The notes under the pieces are model-generated. The model had not been told where the DNA came from. It made no database searches and saw only the letters and a list, made by a program, of their open reading frames with translations. DNA of 32,000 nucleotides, taken from Candidatus Saccharimonadota bacterium (GTDB taxonomy: Archaea > Nanohalarchaeota > Nanosalinia > Nanosalinales > Nanosalinaceae). The position numbers and the translations under genes were made by a program. The stretch lies in the NCBI RefSeq assembly GCF_029232205.1, contig NZ_CP107255.1:660001-692000 (forward strand), written 5' to 3'. Numbering within the stretch: the first letter of the stretch is position 1; each line of letters starts with the position of its first letter. Of this stretch, positions 25,340 through 32,000 are shown in pieces.

Positions 25340-25651
25340 TTAGTCAAGCCATTCTTCAGCCCAGGCCTCAATCTCCTCAAATACCGGACAAAGAGATTTT
25401 CCAGCCTCCGTCAGCGAGTAGTAAGATGCAACAGGATTACCATCCTCCACTCTTTTCTCTACAAGGCCTTCTTCACGAAGATTCTCCAGTACACGTGAAA
25501 GAGTTCTTGAGGAGGCCTCTGTCGATCTTTTCAGTTCATTGAATCTTTTTTCTCCATTCTGGAGGTCGTTCAGTATTATCAGTTTCCATTTGGAGCCTAT
25601 CATGTCGAAGGATTCTATGATTGAGCATGGGCCTTTCTTCTGTTTCTGCAT
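25340..25651 (-). CDS. HxlR/DUF24-family redox-responsive transcriptional regulator
   Basis: CSIIESFDMIGSKWKLIILNDLQNGEKRFNELKRS.......LSRVLENLREEGLVEKR is the canonical HxlR pattern, including the N-terminal sensing Cys. Confidence 0.85.
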   Translation of the reverse strand: MQKQKKGPCSIIESFDMIGSKWKLIILNDLQNGEKRFNELKRSTEASSRTLSRVLENLREEGLVEKRVEDGNPVASYYSLTEAGKSLCPVFEEIEAWAEEWLD

Positions 25652-25714
25652 GGTGTAGTTACATCTGTGTACCTTGGCTCTTTTTAATGGTTCGTTTTCA
25701 AACCAGATAACATT

Positions 25715-26320
25715 ATGACATCGCAGGAACTGAATGAGTTAAGGAGTGAAGCTGAAGAAAATCGGGGACCAGGCCACGAAATTGAGCCTCTGCTATATCA
25801 GAGGTGGAGCCCTAGAAGTATAGGAACCGATATGACCGAGGAAGATCTTGAAGCTCTTTTCGAGGCTGCTAGATGGGCGCCTTCAAGCTACAATAATCAG
25901 AGCTGGAGGTTTATCTACGCAACACACGAGGACAGTGAGTTTGAAGATTTCGTAGATCTTATGGGAGATTTCAACACAGAATGGGCTGGCAAAGCTTTTG
26001 CACTGGTTGTAATTGCTTCAAAAACAACTTTTGACCACAACGGAGAAGAATCAATAACTCATTCGTTCGATACCGGTGCCGCATGGCAAAATCTCGCTCT
26101 CGAAGCCACGAGAAGAGGCCTAGTAGCTCACGGCATGCAGGGGTTCGATTATTCTAAGGCCCGAGAAAAACTTTCAATACCAGAAGAATTTGATGTAGAG
26201 GCCATGATCGCCATAGGATCAAAAGAAGACGAGGAAGACGTTGATGAAGATGCACAGGTAGAGCCGAACGGAAGAAAATCCCTTGATGAAATAAGATCAA
26301 AAGGAAGTTTTGACTTCTGA
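25715..26320 (+). CDS. Nitroreductase-family NAD(P)H:FMN oxidoreductase
   Basis: LYQRWSPRSI, EAARWAPSSYNNQSWRFIY, and the AWQNLALEATRRGLVAHGMQGF pattern typical of the family. Confidence 0.85.
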   Translation: MTSQELNELRSEAEENRGPGHEIEPLLYQRWSPRSIGTDMTEEDLEALFEAARWAPSSYNNQSWRFIYATHEDSEFEDFVDLMGDFNTEWAGKAFALVVIASKTTFDHNGEESITHSFDTGAAWQNLALEATRRGLVAHGMQGFDYSKAREKLSIPEEFDVEAMIAIGSKEDEEDVDEDAQVEPNGRKSLDEIRSKGSFDF

Positions 26321-26337
26321 AAAAAGGTGATAGAAAT

Positions 26338-27267
26338 ATGAAACCAGAAGTCTGGGGCCTACATCATTTCACAGCAATCGCCGGAGACCCGACTGAAAAT
26401 GCCAAGTTCTACGTTAATACTCTAGGCCTGAGAATGGTCAAGAAGACTGTAAATCACGATGCCCCGGAAATGTATCATCTTTTCTACGGAGATAGAGAAG
26501 GTTCTCCCGGCACAAGCGTGACATTTTTCCCCGGTATGGCAGAGCAGAAAGGGAAGGCAGGCGCAGGAATGATCACAGAGCTAGGCCTCAGAATACCGGA
26601 GAACTCAGTTAGTTACTGGAAAGAAAGACTGGAAGACGAAAAAGTAGATTTCGAGGAGAAGAACTGGCATGGAAAGGAAACACTGAGTTTTGAGGATCCT
26701 GACGGCCTCTCACTCAGACTTGTTCCTGAAGATAATGAGGAGTACAAGACCTGGGAAGACAGCACAGTACCTGAAAAAAACCAGATTCAGGGCATGTATC
26801 ACGTAACTGTACAGGCCCATGATTCAGAGGATCTGGAGAAAGTTCTTGATATCATGAATCTTGAGAAGGAAGAAGAGTTTGAGAACAAGTTCTTCAGGGC
26901 TGAAGACGGTTCTGGTGTAGAAATAATCGAGTCAGCGGAGCATGGAAGAATGGGCCGTGGAAGCGTGCACCACACGGCCTTCAAAGCTGCCGAGTCAGAG
27001 GAAGAGCTTGAAAACTGGCGGGATCAGCTTATCAGAATAGGATTAAGGCCTTCACCTGTTATCAGCAGGAAATACTTTTCCTCCATTTACTGTCGTATGC
27101 CTACAGGAGTTCTATTCGAGTTTTCAACGATGGGACCAGGCTATACTGCAGATGAATCAGTTGAAGAACTAGGCTCTAACTTTGTACTGCCGGAAGAACT
27201 TCAGGATAGAAGAGAGCAGATTCTCGAAAACCTTCCTGAGTTCAGAGAGGAGGAGATCAACCAGTGA
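26338..27267 (+). CDS. Ring-cleaving dioxygenase of the glyoxalase/VOC family (MhqA/E/O-like)
   Basis: GLHHFTAIAGDPTENAKFYVNTLGLRMVKKTVNHDAPEMYHLFYGDREGSPGTSVTFFP plus a second VOC module (VHHTAF..). SD-like GGTGAT lies upstream. Confidence 0.8.
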   Translation: MKPEVWGLHHFTAIAGDPTENAKFYVNTLGLRMVKKTVNHDAPEMYHLFYGDREGSPGTSVTFFPGMAEQKGKAGAGMITELGLRIPENSVSYWKERLEDEKVDFEEKNWHGKETLSFEDPDGLSLRLVPEDNEEYKTWEDSTVPEKNQIQGMYHVTVQAHDSEDLEKVLDIMNLEKEEEFENKFFRAEDGSGVEIIESAEHGRMGRGSVHHTAFKAAESEEELENWRDQLIRIGLRPSPVISRKYFSSIYCRMPTGVLFEFSTMGPGYTADESVEELGSNFVLPEELQDRREQILENLPEFREEEINQ

Positions 27268-27878
27268 GCCAGAGGATCCACGAGGATCAGCCTGTTCAAT
27301 CTGCAGGATTAAATCTTGAGGAAGCGGAACGTGCAGTAATTATGCTGCATGGAAGAGGGGCTTCAGCAGGAGGCATGATCCGGATGTCGGAAAAACTGCC
27401 GGAAGCTGCTTATCTTGCACCGCAGGCCTCAAAGAGAACATGGTATCCACGAAGTTTTCTGGAGCCAAGAGAGAAAAACCAGCCACATCTTGACTCCGCG
27501 TTAAATACTGTAGATCACCTTGTGGAAAAGGCCTCTGAAGAAGTTGGAACGGAGAACGTTGTTCTTCTAGGTTTCTCCCAGGGAGCCTGTCTTGCCTCCG
27601 AGTACGCAGCTTCCAACCCGGAAAAGTACGGAGGCATAATACTGTTCAGCGGAGGCCTTATCGGCGAGGAAGTCGGAGAGTTCTCAGGAGACATGGAGAG
27701 TACTCGAGTATTCATCGGGTGCGCTGACAACGATCCTCATATCCCTCTGGAAAGGGTTGAGAAAACAGAAGAAATCTTCAACTCTCTGAATGCTGACGTC
27801 GAGAAATACATTATGCAGGGCTCGCATCACGGTATTGTGGATCACGAAATCGAGAAGGCCTCCGAAATCATCAAGTGA
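27264..27878 (+). CDS. Phospholipase/carboxylesterase-family alpha/beta hydrolase (MhqD-like)
   Basis: Nucleophile elbow LLGFSQGA. Later D and H are present (CADNDPHIP, GSHHGI). The GTG start overlaps the upstream stop (GTGA). Confidence 0.8.
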   Translation: MSQRIHEDQPVQSAGLNLEEAERAVIMLHGRGASAGGMIRMSEKLPEAAYLAPQASKRTWYPRSFLEPREKNQPHLDSALNTVDHLVEKASEEVGTENVVLLGFSQGACLASEYAASNPEKYGGIILFSGGLIGEEVGEFSGDMESTRVFIGCADNDPHIPLERVEKTEEIFNSLNADVEKYIMQGSHHGIVDHEIEKASEIIK

Positions 27879-27920
27879 AAAAGAGCTTCTGTATTTAAGT
27901 TCTCGGCAACCATCTAAACT

Positions 27921-28841
27921 ATGATAGCAGGCCATTTCCTCCTTGCCTTCACACTGGCAGGTGCTATAGCAGTAGCACTGGGCTATGAGAAAGACAAGGC
28001 CCTGTATCTAGCAGTTTTCGCCGGTGGCTTCTCCATTATACCAGATGTCGACATGATCTACGGGATAAAAGGAGTAGTTCTCGCGCTTGAATCAGGGCCC
28101 GGAGGATTTCCCGGCACTTTCTGGACAGTTTCAAACCGAGTGCACAGAGGCCTCAGCCACAGCCTTGTAACAGGTCTTGCAGCCTCTATAGGTTTCACAG
28201 CTTACTTTATACGAAATAAAATATCTGTGGCATCAGCTGTGACAGGCCTTCTTGTAGCCACTGCCTTTGTCTTCGAGGACTTTGTCGGAGCAGTTGTCAT
28301 GCTAGCATTCTCTGTCATAGGCCTTGCACTGGCGGAAAAAGCCCAGGGAAAAATGAGTAGCAAAGAGTTTTTCTCAATAGCCAGCCTAGGCCTTCTCTCA
28401 CATCCTTTCGGAGATTTCTTTACAGGAACTCCACCAGAGCTGTTCTTCCCTCTGACAAACGCAGTTAAAGAGTCGAGAATTGTCCTAAATCAGGATCCAG
28501 TGCTTAACTTGCTCTCAATCTTCGGCCTTGAACTCTCTCTAGGGCTTTCAGCATTGATACTTGGACTTTACCTGAAAGAAATACCTGTAAAAGAGAAAAT
28601 CTCTCCTCTAGTAGCTCTGGGAGGCCTTTACGGTTTTGCCTTCTATCTGATTCCTGCCCCCACGCTGGCAGCGTCGTATTCTTTCGTATTCTCCATCCTG
28701 GGGTACGGAGTTGTTGTACCTGCGTACCACTTCAAGAGCATGAAGAAAGATATTGAGGACTTACTTACAGTAGGCCTGAACTATGTTTTAACTATCGCAG
28801 TGGCGCTGGCCACATATATATTGATCTACGTAGTGGCCTAG
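27921..28841 (+). CDS. Membrane-bound metal-dependent hydrolase, YdjM/DUF457-like
   Basis: Polytopic membrane protein starting MIAGH.. It has HRGLSHSL and SHPFGDFFT motifs like the YdjM family. Confidence 0.6.
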   Translation: MIAGHFLLAFTLAGAIAVALGYEKDKALYLAVFAGGFSIIPDVDMIYGIKGVVLALESGPGGFPGTFWTVSNRVHRGLSHSLVTGLAASIGFTAYFIRNKISVASAVTGLLVATAFVFEDFVGAVVMLAFSVIGLALAEKAQGKMSSKEFFSIASLGLLSHPFGDFFTGTPPELFFPLTNAVKESRIVLNQDPVLNLLSIFGLELSLGLSALILGLYLKEIPVKEKISPLVALGGLYGFAFYLIPAPTLAASYSFVFSILGYGVVVPAYHFKSMKKDIEDLLTVGLNYVLTIAVALATYILIYVVA

Positions 28842-28896
28842 AAAGATTTCTCTACATCCATTAGTTTAATTTTAATACCTCCTCTATTTCCATCAT

Positions 28897-29406
28897 ATGA
28901 CAATTGACTGGGTAAACTTGGATGACGATGAGGATGTTCTCTGGCAGGGCCAGCCCCGCATAAAAAGCATTCTACCGGCCGTAATCATGGGGATTCCTTT
29001 CATACCGGTGCTCGGGCTTGGATTTCTGATAATGGCCGGTGCCTATTACAGCGTGAAAAACACTTACTTCGTGGTAACGGATCAAGGCCTTTACAGGAAG
29101 TCAGGTGTTCTTTCAAGAAATGTTCAGAAGATAGGATTTGACAAAGTTCAGAACATCAGTTTCTCTCAGGGAATTTTCGGCAGCTACTTCGATTATGGAA
29201 ATATTGAGATTTCTACGGCCGGTGGCCAGGGAGTTGAAATGCGGTTTAACAGCATTCAGCAGCCAAGAGAGGTTGAGGAAATAGTTAACAGCCGTTTGAA
29301 GCAGGAGAAAAAAGTTGAATACTCTGAAGGTGATAAAAATCTTGAATTACAGGAGCTCAGAGAAATCAGAAAACTCCTGGAAAGCATAGATAGCAAGATG
29401 GAATAA
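28897..29406 (+). CDS. Membrane-flanked bacterial PH domain protein (bPH_2, YdbS/YdbT-like)
   Basis: Two TM segments, then YFVVTDQGLYRKSGVLSRNVQKIGFDKVQNISFSQGIFGSYFDYGNIEISTAG, the typical bPH_2 pattern. Confidence 0.7.
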   Translation: MTIDWVNLDDDEDVLWQGQPRIKSILPAVIMGIPFIPVLGLGFLIMAGAYYSVKNTYFVVTDQGLYRKSGVLSRNVQKIGFDKVQNISFSQGIFGSYFDYGNIEISTAGGQGVEMRFNSIQQPREVEEIVNSRLKQEKKVEYSEGDKNLELQELREIRKLLESIDSKME

Positions 29407-29465
29407 GAAGCAGGGCCTGATACATCAGGAATAGATCTTTAACCTGTTCTGAACATAGTGAATCT

Positions 29466-30659
29466 ATGAACATCAGTATCGACAAAACAGAGAAAGATCC
29501 TGTCGAAAACAGAAAAACAGAACTTGTGGAGAGAAAAGGCCTGGGCCACCCGGACAGCATCAGCGATGGAATAGCGGAGAAAGTTTCCCGCGAGCTTTCC
29601 AGAGAGTACAGGGAGAGATTCGGCCATATCCTCCACCACAACACCGATGAAGTACAGCTGGTGGCAGGAGAATCAAATCCAGAGTTCGGGGGCGCGGATT
29701 CCCCGGAGGAATCTGCTCAGAGCACCAATCTCTCAGAGAACGGTGCAGGTGGAGAAGTAATTGAACCAATATACATTCTTCTGACAGGCCGAGCGACAAG
29801 AGAATTTGAAGGAGAGGAAATACCTGTAGACAGAATCGCTCTAGAAGCGGCAAAAGAATACATCAACGAAAACTTCAAGGCCCTCGGCACATCACAAGTA
29901 GAAATTGAATCAAGGATTGGAGAAACCTCAACAGATCTTGCCGCAGTGTACGAAAGAGAGGAAAGATTCTCTAATGACACCAGCTTTGGAGTAGGCCATG
30001 CACCGCTCTCATCAGCCGAAAAAACCGTTAAACAGGTAGAGAAAAAGGTTAGAGGCCTGGAAAGATGTGGAGAAGACGTCAAAGTTATGGGCCTCCGACA
30101 GCAAGACAAAATAACAATCACAGTTGCAGCCCCAGCCATCTCATCAAGAACAGAATCAATGGAAGAATACAGAGAACACCTGGAAGATGTAGAAAAAGTA
30201 GCTGAACAAGTTGCCGAAGAAAACGGCCTCGAACCAGAAGTACATGTAAACACAGCCGACGATCTCGAAAAAGAGGAGATCTACTTGACAGTTACAGGTA
30301 CCTCGGCCGAAATGGGCGACGATGGGTCAGTAGGCAGAGGAAACAGAGTAAATGGCCTGATAACACCTCACAGATCCATGAGCATGGAGGCCGCATCTGG
30401 CAAAAACCCTGTCACACACGTAGGAAAAATCTACAACCTTCTGTCAAGGGAAATAGCAAAAGAAATTCACGGAAAAACCGGCCACTACGCACAGGTAAAA
30501 CTCCTCTCACAGATAGGAGGCCCAATAAAAGACCCGCAACTGGTAGAAGTAGAGTCATCAGCTGAAGAAAAAGACATAGAACAGATAGTGTCAAGAAAGC
30601 TAGAGGAAATAGACTCAATCACTGAAAAATGTGTTAAAGGAGATATCAGCACATTCTAG
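29466..30659 (+). CDS. mat: Archaeal-type S-adenosylmethionine synthetase (MAT)
   Basis: ELVERKGLGHPDSISDGIAE, HNTDEVQLVAG, IYILLTGRAT, SFGVGHAP, TGTSAEMGDDGSVGRGNRVNGLITP are archaeal MAT signatures. About 18 extra residues lie between FGG and GEVIEP. Confidence 0.9.
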   Translation: MNISIDKTEKDPVENRKTELVERKGLGHPDSISDGIAEKVSRELSREYRERFGHILHHNTDEVQLVAGESNPEFGGADSPEESAQSTNLSENGAGGEVIEPIYILLTGRATREFEGEEIPVDRIALEAAKEYINENFKALGTSQVEIESRIGETSTDLAAVYEREERFSNDTSFGVGHAPLSSAEKTVKQVEKKVRGLERCGEDVKVMGLRQQDKITITVAAPAISSRTESMEEYREHLEDVEKVAEQVAEENGLEPEVHVNTADDLEKEEIYLTVTGTSAEMGDDGSVGRGNRVNGLITPHRSMSMEAASGKNPVTHVGKIYNLLSREIAKEIHGKTGHYAQVKLLSQIGGPIKDPQLVEVESSAEEKDIEQIVSRKLEEIDSITEKCVKGDISTF

Positions 30660-30719
30660 TGCTTTATAGCGGCCAGGTGATTCTGCAACCATTTTAATCC
30701 TCAGCGACATCAATATGTT

Positions 30720-32000
30720 ATGGAGCTGAGACACTTCTTCTACTTTATAACCATTTTATTTGTCTTCAGCACCTTGTCTACAGCTTCCGGCCCCCAGTCC
30801 TACTACAGCTTTAATTCAGAGCAGCTAAATATTCAAGATACCTACAGCAACAATAATATTCAAGGCCTTGCTTCCAGCTTACGTTTTGATGGAGAAGATG
30901 ACCACATACAGGTTCCTTACTCTGAAAGCATGGATATAAAAGATGAACTGACTATCGCCGGATGGGTTTACCTAGAAAAACACCCTGATCAAACCTCCAA
31001 CAACGATTACCGACTTATATTCGGCAGATCAAACGGCTACGATCCATACGGCCTCTTACTGGAGGAAAGCTCCACAGGCCTTGTAGGAAGCACATTCTTC
31101 AACGGCAGCAGACAGTACGTAGCAGGAGGCATAGATCCAGCTGAAATGGTAGATCAATGGAGCCACGTCGCATTTACGTACGATGCAAATACTGGAAACG
31201 GAACAATCTACCTTAACGGATCGATACTAGGCACTGGAATATACGAAACAGGCCAGTTCGATACCTCGACCAAAAACATCCAGTTCACAGAACCAGGCGG
31301 GCCTAATGGACACACCTGGAACGGAAAAATGTCGGACATGCGACTTTACAACCGGTCCCTCTCCACAACCGAGATAAACCAGCTTTACGGAGGAAAAAAT
31401 GTCGAGCAGGACCTGGTTTCCTACTGGCCCATGTTTAACAAAAAAGGGAAAGTATACGACGTAACCGGGCCTAATGACGGTTTCTGGCAGTCATCTTCAA
31501 CCTCGGGGATACTCAACTTTGATGGTTTTGTGAATGGCTCTTTCAAGGACGGGTCGGAGAAAAATAATCACGGCCTGTACACAGACATGATAGAAGGATC
31601 TTTCAGCGGCGCAAACGACGGGACGCTGGATGGGGGACAGAGAACAGGTAGCTTTGATGGCAAAGCCGTAGAATTCAATGGGGCCGGAGATATCGACGTG
31701 CCGAACAGTGCCTCGCTGAATTTCAAGGATACAGGCTTCAGTATTTCAGCCTGGTTCAAAACAAACAGCACAAGCATGACTGGATCCTGCTGCCTTTCAC
31801 ACACTATGATTGAGAAGTACGGTAGCGGCCAGGGATACATGCTAGGCATAGCCTACGGAGATACAATCTACGCATCATTTTTCGATGATACTGGGGGAAA
31901 ATTTGATCCAAGAGCCACACCTCCTTCAGACTTCAAAGACAACAAATGGCATCATGTCGTAGGTGTGAACAACGGTACACACGCCATGCTATACTATGAT
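30720..32000 (+). CDS. Secreted protein with tandem LamG/concanavalin-A-like lectin domains (5' part; continues beyond the window)
   Basis: Not in the ORF track because it is open-ended. From ATG 30720: MELRHFFYFITILFVFSTLSTASGPQS.. (signal peptide). First LamG-type module: ..DELTIAGWVY..., WSHVAFTYDANTGNGTIYLNGS, GKMSDMRLYNRSLSTTEINQLY. A second module begins with FSISAWFKT.. and KWHHVVGVNNGTHAMLYYD. The frame is open for 427 codons to the window end. Confidence 0.75.
   Translation, partial: MELRHFFYFITILFVFSTLSTASGPQSYYSFNSEQLNIQDTYSNNNIQGLASSLRFDGEDDHIQVPYSESMDIKDELTIAGWVYLEKHPDQTSNNDYRLIFGRSNGYDPYGLLLEESSTGLVGSTFFNGSRQYVAGGIDPAEMVDQWSHVAFTYDANTGNGTIYLNGSILGTGIYETGQFDTSTKNIQFTEPGGPNGHTWNGKMSDMRLYNRSLSTTEINQLYGGKNVEQDLVSYWPMFNKKGKVYDVTGPNDGFWQSSSTSGILNFDGFVNGSFKDGSEKNNHGLYTDMIEGSFSGANDGTLDGGQRTGSFDGKAVEFNGAGDIDVPNSASLNFKDTGFSISAWFKTNSTSMTGSCCLSHTMIEKYGSGQGYMLGIAYGDTIYASFFDDTGGKFDPRATPPSDFKDNKWHHVVGVNNGTHAMLYYD

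Noticed and set aside
25652-25714. Possible HxlR operator palindromes (GTTACATCTGTGTAC; GGTTCGTTTTCAAACC) in the divergent promoter.
   Set aside because: The symmetry is weak, with 4-5 bp half-sites and mismatches. This is not better than chance in a 63-nt AT-rich spacer, so it is not reported as a feature.

Overview
Gene-dense archaeal chromosomal segment. Archaeal markers: archaeal-type S-adenosylmethionine synthetase, an HMf-type histone, a Dpo4/Dbh Y-family polymerase, an archaeal 5S rRNA with a TATA box about 27 nt upstream, and a Sec11/SipW-type signal peptidase. Nearly all proteins are strongly acidic, with poly-E/D tails and insertions. Together with short intergenic spacers and an unlinked 5S gene, this suggests a small-genome halophilic archaeon, possibly Nanohaloarchaeota/DPANN-like; that assignment is inference only. 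I support about 40 CDS, one tRNA-Ser(CGA), one 5S rRNA, two hairpin+T-tract terminators and a few candidate operators. Content is mostly housekeeping (IleRS, NcsA/TtuA-type tRNA thiolase, m5C RNA methyltransferase, MAT, DNA repair). It also includes accessory modules: (i) a TasA/camelysin-like secreted protein with a SipW-class signal peptide, a small exported protein and a dedicated signal peptidase; (ii) a PHP phosphoesterase, a wHTH protein and two PRTase-like proteins; (iii) a NEW3/CARDB surface protein with an ABC-2 exporter; (iv) a bacterial-style quinone/electrophile detoxification cluster (HxlR regulator, nitroreductase, MhqO-like dioxygenase, MhqD-like esterase); (v) the start of a secreted LamG-repeat protein that runs off the window. 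No CRISPR array, transposase or recognisable defence system was seen. The observations I consider most worth follow-up are a strong over-representation of the palindrome AGGCCT (core GGCC) in all reading frames, a tRNA-Ser gene whose 3' 23 nt are duplicated 86 nt downstream with an informative acceptor-stem difference, and the TasA-like/SipW cluster. All calls rest on reading the sequence and recalled family motifs; no database search was run.
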